Source of the DNA: an uncultured Candidatus Bathyarchaeia archaeon
GTDB lineage: Archaea > Thermoproteota > Bathyarchaeia > 40CM-2-53-6 > RBG-13-38-9
NCBI GenBank assembly: GCA_964346435.1
Contig: CAYFUV010000010.1
Coordinates: 1-63,786 of the forward strand
Reading direction: 5' to 3'
DNA: 63,786 nucleotides
Below are positions 9,218 to 17,146 of the stretch, piece after piece. Under the pieces are notes generated by a model. It did not search any database, was not told where the DNA came from, and was given only the letters and a program-made list of their open reading frames with translations. The translations under genes were made by a program, and so were the position numbers. Position 1 is the first letter of the stretch. The number at the start of each line of letters is the position of its first letter.

Positions 9218-9760
9218 GTGTTAAACAAGGAATTGAGCTGTGAAATTTGTGGAAGAAAGATAAAGAATGAACCCATTAAGATAACTGTTGAGGGATTAAA
9301 CCTAATGGTTTGTAATGGGTGCTCGAAGATTGGTGAAACGGGATGGAAAATTGGCTTTAGGAAGATGAGAAATGCTGAAGCGGACGAATCAAAAAAAATC
9401 CCAACTAGGATAAACAAATTCTTAAGACAGAAGAAAGCGCCAAAATCAAATGACCTCGAGAACTACGAAGTTATTGAAAATTTTTCTGAGAAAATAAAAA
9501 AAGGAAGAGAGAAAAAGAAAATTTCGCAAGAAGAATTTGCAAAGCTAATAAAAGAAAAATTGTCTATAATACAAAAAATTGAATCAGGAAAAATGGCTCC
9601 GAGCTTAAAACTATCGCGTGAAATTGAGCATATTTTGAAAATAGAATTACTCTCGTATAGAAAAAAAGAATTGGAGGACGTTTCACAAATCGATACTGTA
9701 TCGACTTTAACCCTCGGAGATATTTTACATTTCAAGAAAAAAGAAAAAATACGCGAATAG
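9218..9760 (+). CDS. mbf1: multiprotein-bridging factor 1 (MBF1) family transcriptional regulator
   Basis: N-terminal zinc ribbon CEICGRK...VCNGCSK plus an HTH_3 segment ISQEEFAKLIKEKLSIIQKIESGKMAPSLKLSREIEHIL. Confidence 0.85.
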   Translation: MLNKELSCEICGRKIKNEPIKITVEGLNLMVCNGCSKIGETGWKIGFRKMRNAEADESKKIPTRINKFLRQKKAPKSNDLENYEVIENFSEKIKKGREKKKISQEEFAKLIKEKLSIIQKIESGKMAPSLKLSREIEHILKIELLSYRKKELEDVSQIDTVSTLTLGDILHFKKKEKIRE

Positions 9761-9810
9761 CAACCTAATTACTAGGATTTGATATTTATTTTTTTAATAA
9801 AAAATTAGTC

Positions 9811-9821
9811 CGCGCTATTTT
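9811..9821 (+). promoter_or_regulatory. CGCGCTATTTT element upstream of trm56 (same 11-mer upstream of nac on the minus strand at 8556-8566)
   Basis: Exact 11-mer in gene orientation before both genes; the TATTTT part is TATA-like. Confidence 0.4.
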
Positions 9822-9854
9822 GAGTATAAGTTACTTATATGAGTAAATGATAGA

Positions 9855-10427
9855 TTGTCAACTCAATCGAAAATTGTTGTTCTGCGTTGGGGCCATAGGC
9901 ATAGAGATTTCAGAGTCACGACCCACGTAGCTTTAGCTGCAAGAGCATTTGGGGCATCAGGATTTATCCTCGCTGACTCAGAGGATTTCGCAATTAAAAA
10001 ATCCATAGAAAAAATTATTGAAAGTTGGGGAGGTAAGTTTGACTTCAAAATAGGGATTCCTTGGAAGACCGCTGTTGAAGAGTGGAAAAGGAAAGGCGGA
10101 ATTGTCGTTCATTTGACAGTATATGGCGAAAATATTGAAACGAGTGATATAATAAATCGAATCAAATCTCTCAAAAAGGATATAATGTTAATAGTCGGAA
10201 GTAAAAAAGTCCCTTCAGATTTCTTTTCTGAGAAAGTTTCAAATTTTAGTGTTGCTATAGGAAATCAACCCCATTCTGAGGTGGCTGCTATTGCAATTTT
10301 TCTGGATCGTATATTTGAAGGAAAAGAATTAGCTAAATCTTTTGAGAATGCAAAACTAAAAATTTTACCATCTAAAATTGGAAAGAAATTATTAGAAAAT
10401 ATTTCGAAGGATGATGAAAACTGTTAA
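9855..10427 (+). CDS. trm56: tRNA (cytidine56-2'-O)-methyltransferase Trm56
   Basis: VVLRWGHRHRDFRVTTHVALAARAFGASG N-terminus typical of aTrm56 (SPOUT); TTG start. Confidence 0.85.
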   Translation: MSTQSKIVVLRWGHRHRDFRVTTHVALAARAFGASGFILADSEDFAIKKSIEKIIESWGGKFDFKIGIPWKTAVEEWKRKGGIVVHLTVYGENIETSDIINRIKSLKKDIMLIVGSKKVPSDFFSEKVSNFSVAIGNQPHSEVAAIAIFLDRIFEGKELAKSFENAKLKILPSKIGKKLLENISKDDENC

Positions 10428-10465
10428 TTTTTAGTTTATTAAATAATATTTTATTGTGATGATTC

Positions 10466-10476
10466 TATAGCGTGCG
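10466..10476 (+). promoter_or_regulatory. TATAGCGTGCG element upstream of tfe (identical 11-mer upstream of radA)
   Basis: Exact 11-mer at 10466-10476 (23 nt before the tfe TTG) and at 59789-59799 (31 nt before the radA TTG). Confidence 0.4.
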
Positions 10477-10488
10477 GTTTTCACGAAT

Positions 10489-11010
10489 TTGGGGAAAAAT
10501 GTATTGAGTGCTTTTAACGAAGAACTATCGAAAGCTGCCAAGTTATTTGGTGGAGAGGAAGCTACTAAGGTAATTAATGCGCTTTTAAAACTAGAGGACG
10601 CTACAGATGATGAAGTTGCAAAAGAGTCAGAAGTCAGTCTGAACGTCGTGAGAAAAGTTCTATACAAGCTTTATGACCATTCATTGATTACTTGTACAAG
10701 GGAAAGAAACGATCAAACTGGATGGTATACTTTCCGTTGGCGAATTCAACCAAGTCAACTTGATGCTTTTATTAGGATAAGGAAAAGGAGAATCCTAGAA
10801 AAGCTTAAAAATAGGCTAGAATTCGAAAGAGGACATAACTTTTTCCTATGCAAAAAATGTCCTGAAATGCGCGTTACTTTCGAGGACGCCATTGAATCAG
10901 CATTCCGCTGCAGTAAATGTGGCAATCAGTTCATGAGTGCAGATAATGATAAAATTATTTTTGAGCTCTCTCAAGTTATTGATAAGATACAAAAAGAATT
11001 GAATAGTTAG
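10489..11010 (+). CDS. tfe: transcription factor E (TFE alpha)
   Basis: Winged-helix segment DDEVAKESEVSLNVVRKVLYKLYDHSLI...GWYTFRWRI plus zinc ribbon CKKCPEMR...RCSKCGNQ. Confidence 0.85.
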   Translation: MGKNVLSAFNEELSKAAKLFGGEEATKVINALLKLEDATDDEVAKESEVSLNVVRKVLYKLYDHSLITCTRERNDQTGWYTFRWRIQPSQLDAFIRIRKRRILEKLKNRLEFERGHNFFLCKKCPEMRVTFEDAIESAFRCSKCGNQFMSADNDKIIFELSQVIDKIQKELNS

Positions 11011-11064
11011 AGCTCTTTAAATCTGAATTAAATTTTAAGTTCTGCCCCAATTATAGATTCCACG

Positions 11065-12224
11065 GTGATTTTCTTGACTATGTCCCATAAAGAGAGATAT
11101 TTGACTGCAGTAAATCTTGAGCAACCTGATACCGTTCCAATAGATGCTTCATTTATGGATTTAGTTCATGTGGAAAAAATAACTGGCAAAAAAGCTATTG
11201 GAAGTGGTGGGGGTGGGGGAGGAGGAGCTTGGGCGTTAAGACCTGAGGATTTAAAGGTTGATCTAAATAAAGTCATGATAGAAAATCAAAGAATTACAAT
11301 TGATGCAATAAAGAAAATTGGCTTTGATAGTTTTTCTGTCTCTGATTATTGGCTATTTCCTAAGGGTTACGGACACAAATTCCTAAATGATGATACTTAT
11401 GTTGATCATTGGGGGAAGATGTATGAAGTTCGAAAAGACATCAACACGACTTACTGGGTCGATGGCATAATAAAAAATCCAGATGATTTGAGCAAATTTA
11501 TTCCACCAGACCCTGATGAGCTATGTTATGACATAATAGACTTCACTATCGAAGAAGCTGGTGATGAATATCCTGTTATGGCATGGGGACATTGTGCAAA
11601 CATGTTCCCGTATTTGATGAGGGGTGGAATAGACAAGTTAACATACGATATATACCGAAATCCGATTTTCGCAAAAAAATTGATCAAGATTGTTGCTGAC
11701 ACAAATTTTAAAATAGCCAAGAATATGTTAGACAAGGGCATTGATATTTTTGTGGAGAGCGACGATATTGCTGACACTAAAACACTTTTTTCCCTCCAAG
11801 AATATATAAGGAATTTTTCTTTCCTTACTTGAAGAGACTGATAGATGAGTGTCACAGACGTGGAGTACCTTTCATGAAACACTCAGATGGAAATCTGTAT
11901 CCAATATTGGATGAATTAATCTATTTGGGTATAGATGGATTGCATCCCATAGAACCTGGCGCAATGAATTTGGCTGATGTAAAAAGAAAATATGGCGATA
12001 AAATATTTTTAAGGGGAAATGTTGATTGCATGCACATTTTGCCGTATGGAACTGAAGAAGACGTAAGAAAAGAGGTCAGGAGATGTATAGATGAAGCCGC
12101 GGAAAATGGGGGATTCATTTTATCTGATAGCAATTCCATGCACAGTAATATCGATACAAGAAATATTTTAATAATGGTAGATGAGGGAAGAAAATACGGT
12201 AGCTATCCAATTATAAGAGAATGA
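11065..12224 (+). pseudogene. uroporphyrinogen-decarboxylase-family (MtaA/CmuA-like, MT2-type) methyltransferase interrupted by a 1-nt frame shift in a T6 run
   Basis: ORFs 11065-11832 and 11829-12224 are the N- and C-halves of one URO-D-fold protein. The second frame continues upstream as TFFPPRIYKEFFFPYLKRLIDECH, back to a stop at 11778. One extra T in the run 11786-11791 would fuse ...SDDIADTKTLFFPPRIYKEFFFPYLKRLIDE... Confidence 0.65.
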
Positions 12225-12231
12225 TTATGAG

Positions 12232-12885
12232 GTGCAGAAGTTATTGGAAGAAAACGAAATCCTTGAGAGAATAAAAGAATCTTTGGTCAACCTAGATTCT
12301 TCAGAACTAAAAAAAGTAGTGGAAAAAGCAATTAATAATAATATTTCTCCTCAGAAAATAGTAAATCAAGGTTTTGGCAAGGGAATGGAAATTGTTGGGC
12401 AAAAATATGAGAGAGGAGAATATTTTTTATCAGAGCTGATTATTGCCGGCGTAACAATGAATGAGGGATTAGAGCAAATAAGACCTTTTTTAAAAAGGGA
12501 AGATATGAAAACTCGTGGAAGAGTTGCAATAGGCACTGTCGAAGGCGACTTGCATGATATTGGGAAGAATATAGTAAAAACTATGTTGCAATCATCAGGT
12601 TTTGAAGTTCATGACTTAGGAGTTGACGTACCCCCAGCAAGATTTGTTGAAAAGGTTAAAGAATTAAAACCCGATATTGTTGGTATGTCTGCATTACTTA
12701 GTGTTACAATGAATAAAGTTGAGGAAACAATAGACGCTCTAAAAAAGAACTCTTTAAGGAATGATGTAAAGATCTTAGTGGGTGGTAGATGTTTAGATGA
12801 AAAAATTGCGAAAGATATGGGAGCTGATGCATACGGGAGTGACGCTTGGAACGGTGTTTTGAAGGCCAGAGATCTTATTTCATAA
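12232..12885 (+). CDS. corrinoid (B12-binding) methyltransferase cognate protein
   Basis: 217 aa; B12-binding cap region followed by the DxHxxG motif (EGDLHDIGKNIV) and GMSALLS..LVGG Rossmann segments. Confidence 0.85.
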   Translation: MQKLLEENEILERIKESLVNLDSSELKKVVEKAINNNISPQKIVNQGFGKGMEIVGQKYERGEYFLSELIIAGVTMNEGLEQIRPFLKREDMKTRGRVAIGTVEGDLHDIGKNIVKTMLQSSGFEVHDLGVDVPPARFVEKVKELKPDIVGMSALLSVTMNKVEETIDALKKNSLRNDVKILVGGRCLDEKIAKDMGADAYGSDAWNGVLKARDLIS

Positions 12886-12959
12886 TAATTATTACATTCA
12901 TTAAAAGTTGGAAATGTTCCGTGAATGAGAATATAGATTATGGCACTCATAATGAACTT

Positions 12960-13009
12960 GGATTATCCTAAATGACTATCACTTTCGATTTTTTTTACTA
13001 GGATTATCC
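12960..13009 (+). promoter_or_regulatory. two copies of GGATTATCC, starts 41 nt apart, upstream of the HD-domain gene
   Basis: 12960-12968 and 13001-13009, read directly. Confidence 0.3.
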
Positions 13010-13052
13010 ATTTTTTCAGATTTATCGCACGTCATATTATTGTTCAAAAAAA

Positions 13053-13598
13053 ATGAGCATGAAGATTTTGAAGAAAATTCCAACCAGAAAAGAATCCATC
13101 ACATTTCTCAAACGAATAGGTTGTAATCAAAGAGTTATAGAACATTGTATAGTGGTATCAAAGTATTCGATTAAGATGGCAAAGTCATTTGGGAAAAAAT
13201 ATCCTATTGATGTTCGATTAGTTGAAATTGGGGCACTACTTCATGATGCTGGCAGGGCTTTAACAAACGGCGTATGGCATGCAATTTTAGGGGCAGCACT
13301 TATAAGAGCTGCAGGTTATAGTGAGGATTTGGCTAATATAGTTGAGAGACACATAGGCGCTGGCATACCTTTTAGAGAAGCTCGAGCACTTGGCTTACCG
13401 CAGAAAAGTTATATGCCGAGAAATCTTGAAGAGAAAATTGTTTGCTATGCTGATAAACTTGTGAGAGGTAAAAAATTAATATCCTCAGAGGAAGCCATTA
13501 AGGAAATATCGCAAAAACTAGGCTCCAAACATTCGGCCATAAAAAGGTTCAGAAATCTTCATAAAGAAATAACTAGAATGACTGGAGATATGGTGTAA
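13053..13598 (+). CDS. HD-domain phosphohydrolase (TIGR00295-like)
   Basis: HCIVVSKYS...GALLHDAGR...VERHIGAGI; HD motif present. Confidence 0.8.
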   Translation: MSMKILKKIPTRKESITFLKRIGCNQRVIEHCIVVSKYSIKMAKSFGKKYPIDVRLVEIGALLHDAGRALTNGVWHAILGAALIRAAGYSEDLANIVERHIGAGIPFREARALGLPQKSYMPRNLEEKIVCYADKLVRGKKLISSEEAIKEISQKLGSKHSAIKRFRNLHKEITRMTGDMV

Positions 13599-14338
13599 TG
13601 GAACTTATTATTTCGGAAAGAATCGTAGGTATTGAAAAAAATGAAGCTTATGAAATTATAAAAGATATCATTTCTGGCATAAATGTAACCTTAGAATCAC
13701 TTGATTTCAATGAACAAGGATGGGTTGAAATAAGATTCTATGGCGATGATTCAGACCTTTTAATAGAATTACTAAGGAGAGAATTTGGAATAGCTCCAGC
13801 TGTCTTGAGTAAAATCGATGTTGGCGATATATTGCGCGGATTTATAGTCGAAGTCAATAAGAGATATTTGAGGTTAGATATTGGAATTTTTTCACCAAAA
13901 AACAAATATGGATTCTATTCATTATCTAAACTTCAATCTCAACTTTTGGATGGACTTAAATTCTCTATGGAAAAAGCAGTCAATCAATTCTGCCTTCATG
14001 AAGGGATGCCCCTCGAAATTAGAGTGGTCAAAGTTAATGATGATGGAATAGACTTGGAACTTTCAGATGCGCAAATTAATTGTCTTAAGGAATGGGAGAG
14101 AACTCCAGTGGAAAGAATAGTTTTTCTGAATTCTTTATCAAAGGATATCCATAACGCTGTGAGGATCGCTAAGATGGATATTGATATAATGAAAAAAGAA
14201 AAGAAAGGTTTAACAACTCATATATTGAGCTGTAAGATTGGAAAAAAAGCAGATAAGGTGATTTCTGAAATTATTCCCTTTTTAAAAAGAGGAAGATTTT
14301 TCTTATCAAAAGGAGAACATTATAAGAGAACTTGGTAA
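13598..14338 (+). CDS. conserved hypothetical protein (possibly DUF2110-like), translationally coupled to the HD gene
   Basis: 246-aa ORF; its start overlaps the HD gene stop (TAATG). No catalytic motif recognised. Confidence 0.5.
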   Translation: MELIISERIVGIEKNEAYEIIKDIISGINVTLESLDFNEQGWVEIRFYGDDSDLLIELLRREFGIAPAVLSKIDVGDILRGFIVEVNKRYLRLDIGIFSPKNKYGFYSLSKLQSQLLDGLKFSMEKAVNQFCLHEGMPLEIRVVKVNDDGIDLELSDAQINCLKEWERTPVERIVFLNSLSKDIHNAVRIAKMDIDIMKKEKKGLTTHILSCKIGKKADKVISEIIPFLKRGRFFLSKGEHYKRTW

Positions 14339-14362
14339 AAACTTAATTCTATAAGACTTTAA

Positions 14363-14596
14363 TTGTATTTTATTGAACTGGTGAAGTCATTGAGCAAGAA
14401 AGTTAGTAAGAAAAAAGATTATAAGGAATTTTCTGATGAGCAAATCGAGAAAATATTGGATTATAGACACGATTTATTCCAAGAAAAAATCGAGGAAGTC
14501 AAAGATTTAGTAAAGGCTTATCCAACATTATCTGTCGCAGTCGTTTTTACACTAGGTTTAATTTTTGGCATATACGTTTCAGAAAGCAGCAGATAA
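14363..14596 (+). CDS. small tail-anchored protein (helical N-terminus + single C-terminal TM; YqjD/ElaB-like architecture)
   Basis: 77 aa, TTG start; charged helical region then LSVAVVFTLGLIFGIYV. Confidence 0.45.
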   Translation: MYFIELVKSLSKKVSKKKDYKEFSDEQIEKILDYRHDLFQEKIEEVKDLVKAYPTLSVAVVFTLGLIFGIYVSESSR

Positions 14597-14693
14597 GCTG
14601 AAACATTCTGAATTTTAATTCTCAATAAGAATATCAAAATATATTTAAATTCGGGCTTCAAATCAAATATGGTAATGGAGGTATGATTACTCT

Positions 14694-14888
14694 ATGGCCG
14701 AAAAAGTAAAACCAACCATTGAAGAACTTCAAAAGAAATTAGAGGATACCAGGAAATTATCAGAGAAATATAGAAACCAGCTTGAAGAAAGAGTGACGAC
14801 GAAGCCGTTGGAATCCGCAGGAATAATTTTTATCGTTGGCATAATTTTGGGAATTTTAATAGGAGCAGCTACTTCAAGGCGTAGTTAG
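14694..14888 (+). CDS. DUF883/YqjD/ElaB-like tail-anchored protein
   Basis: 64 aa; coiled N-terminus EELQKKLEDTRKLSEKYRNQLEERV, then KPLESAGIIFIVGIILGILIGAA and a basic tail. GGAGGT lies 12 nt upstream. Confidence 0.55.
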   Translation: MAEKVKPTIEELQKKLEDTRKLSEKYRNQLEERVTTKPLESAGIIFIVGIILGILIGAATSRRS

Positions 14889-14892
14889 AAAA

Positions 14893-15201
14893 ATGTCCAA
14901 AAGACAAAATATTATGGATAGTCTGCTTAAAGCCATGTTTTCAACTCTATTCTTTAGATTTATGGGTGATTTCAGCGAGAGAATGCGCAATTATTTATTC
15001 GATGTAATTAAGCCTATAATCAAAAAGGTTATTCTGGCGATCATTGGAACGAGTCTCGTTATTATTGGGATACTCTTTGCATGCGTTTCATTAGTTAAAT
15101 ATCTCTCAATTTATGTGTCGACTTGGATGGCGTGGGGCATAGTTGGGCTTATAATTCTAATTGTTGGAATTGTATTATCTTCGATAGGACTTAGAAAGTA
15201 A
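14893..15201 (+). CDS. two-TM membrane protein (YqjE/holin-X-like architecture)
   Basis: 102 aa; two long hydrophobic hairpin helices; 4 nt after the preceding stop. Confidence 0.5.
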   Translation: MSKRQNIMDSLLKAMFSTLFFRFMGDFSERMRNYLFDVIKPIIKKVILAIIGTSLVIIGILFACVSLVKYLSIYVSTWMAWGIVGLIILIVGIVLSSIGLRK

Positions 15202-15215
15202 AGTACCCGAAGTCA

Positions 15216-15641
15216 TTACTCCCCTATAACTTGAACTACTAATTCTCTTGTTCTGGGTTTTATATCGAGTTCGATGAAAACTATCTGTTGCCAAATTCCT
15301 AACATCATTTTTGAATCTTGGAACGGAACTGTTAGGCTTGGACCTAACAATGAAGCTCGAACATGTGAATGACCGTTTCCATCATGCCATCTTTTTTCGT
15401 GTTCATATTCCAAATTCTTAGGCGATATACGTTCAAGCATTGATGGAAAATCTTTCAATAAACCAGGTTCATATTCTATTGTTGTGATGGCTCCAGTTGA
15501 ACCGGGAATAAAAATGATTAAAAATCCATTTTTGAATTTAGAATTTTTGATAATTTTATGAATATTCGCAGTTATATCGATCATATTCAATTCTTTTGTT
15601 TGTAAACGGATTTTTTCAAAAAAAATTTTCACATAAACCAC
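15216..15641 (-). CDS. YjbQ/UPF0047 family protein (secondary thiamine-phosphate synthase)
   Basis: GSTGAITTIEYEPGLLKD...HSHVRASLLGPSLTVPF...LGIWQQIVFIELD. Confidence 0.85.
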   Translation of the reverse strand: MVYVKIFFEKIRLQTKELNMIDITANIHKIIKNSKFKNGFLIIFIPGSTGAITTIEYEPGLLKDFPSMLERISPKNLEYEHEKRWHDGNGHSHVRASLLGPSLTVPFQDSKMMLGIWQQIVFIELDIKPRTRELVVQVIGE

Positions 15642-15829
15642 CTGGAAATTATTAATGAGTTCTATTAATCTTGCTATTTTTTGGATTAATTCAATTAAAA
15701 TATATCTCTGGTGGCCAATCGAGGGAATATTCAGTTATCAATTAGATAAGCAAGTATGACCCAAAAAAGTAAGAATCTTACGAACGGCCAAGTTAATAAT
15801 AAGCGAGTTTCAAAATATTGATCAGGCAC

Positions 15830-17092
15830 CTATTCTTTTTCAATTCTTTTCACTATCTGGTTAGCAAATTTTGAGGTTTTTACTGGTTTTACATTTTGTA
15901 ATTGTCGAGCTAAATCATAAGTTACAATTTTATCATTTATGCATTTGGCAACGCCCGTTTCAACGAGTGATGCTGCCTCATTCCAACCTATATAGTTGAG
16001 TAACATGGCCCCAGAAAGAATGGCGGAAGTAGGATTTACAACATCTTGATTAGCATATTTTGGAGCCGTTCCATGAGTCGGTTCGAATAATGCTGTCCCA
16101 GTTTCGTAGTTAATATTAGCTCCTGGTGCTACGCCTAATCCACCTGCTAATGCTGCTGCTAGATCTGATATATAATCGCCATTCAAATTTGGTAAAACAA
16201 GGACATCATATTCCTTTGTTCGAAGAATTAATTGCTGCATCATGTTATCGGCAATTCTATCTCTAATTATCAGCCTTTTCTTTGGCACTCTGCTAGAGGA
16301 TTTTATCTCTGTATTTATTTTACTCTCAGTTATCGTCACATCTCGAAATTCATTTTCAGCGACTTCATAACTCCACTTCCTGAATCCTCCCTCAGTATAT
16401 TTCATTATATTCCCTTTGTGAACTATAGTTACGCTATTTCGATCATTTTCAATGGCATAATTAATCGCAGCTCTGGCAATTCTTTTGGTTGCATATTCGC
16501 TAATTGGTTTAATACCTATGGCAGAATCTAGTCTAATTTTTTCTCCCATTTCTTCCATTAGAAAATCTATGACTTTCTTCGCCTCTGGTGTATGTGTATT
16601 GTATTCGATTCCCACATAAACATCCTCGGTATTTTCTCTAAAAATTATTATATCCAATTCTTCAGGATTCTTCATACGAGTTGGTACCCCAGGTATATAT
16701 TTCACGGGTCTAACGCAAGCATAAAGATCAAGTCTCTGTCGTAATGTGACGTTTAGGCTTCTATAGCCTTCGCCAACAGGAGTGGTAAGAGGGCCTTTAA
16801 TTGAAACTTTGTAATGATCAATCGCTTTTATTGTATCTTCGGGTAACCATTCTTCATTCGTTTGTTTGGAAATCTCCCCAGCCAGAAATTCTTTCCAACA
16901 TAACTTACGATCATCGTTGTATGCTTTTCTAATGGCGCCATTCAAGACTTTTATCGTAGCTTCAATTACATCAGGACCAATACCATCACCTTTAATAAAA
17001 GGAATTATAGGTTTGGCGGGCACAGTTAATTTTTTATCAATGATTTCTATTTTATCCCCTCGATTATCATTTTGTACCATGCAGATTATCAC
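15830..17092 (-). CDS. icd: isocitrate dehydrogenase (NADP-dependent, homodimeric type)
   Basis: SLNVTLRQRLDLYACVRPV and NLNGDYISDLAAALAGGLGVAPGANI motifs; 420 aa. Confidence 0.9.
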   Translation of the reverse strand: MIICMVQNDNRGDKIEIIDKKLTVPAKPIIPFIKGDGIGPDVIEATIKVLNGAIRKAYNDDRKLCWKEFLAGEISKQTNEEWLPEDTIKAIDHYKVSIKGPLTTPVGEGYRSLNVTLRQRLDLYACVRPVKYIPGVPTRMKNPEELDIIIFRENTEDVYVGIEYNTHTPEAKKVIDFLMEEMGEKIRLDSAIGIKPISEYATKRIARAAINYAIENDRNSVTIVHKGNIMKYTEGGFRKWSYEVAENEFRDVTITESKINTEIKSSSRVPKKRLIIRDRIADNMMQQLILRTKEYDVLVLPNLNGDYISDLAAALAGGLGVAPGANINYETGTALFEPTHGTAPKYANQDVVNPTSAILSGAMLLNYIGWNEAASLVETGVAKCINDKIVTYDLARQLQNVKPVKTSKFANQIVKRIEKE

Positions 17093-17146
17093 TTTTTAAA
17101 GCATGCAGGATTTTTTAGACTACTTAAAATCTTACGACTATCTGAG

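Noticed and set aside
10456-10462. GTGATGA (C-box-like) word in the trm56-tfe spacer, and GATGATGA at about 59680; considered as box C/D sRNA genes
   Set aside because: No CTGA D box, no C'/D' pair and no terminal stem at an appropriate 50-70 nt distance. Isolated C-box-like heptamers are expected by chance in AT-rich DNA.
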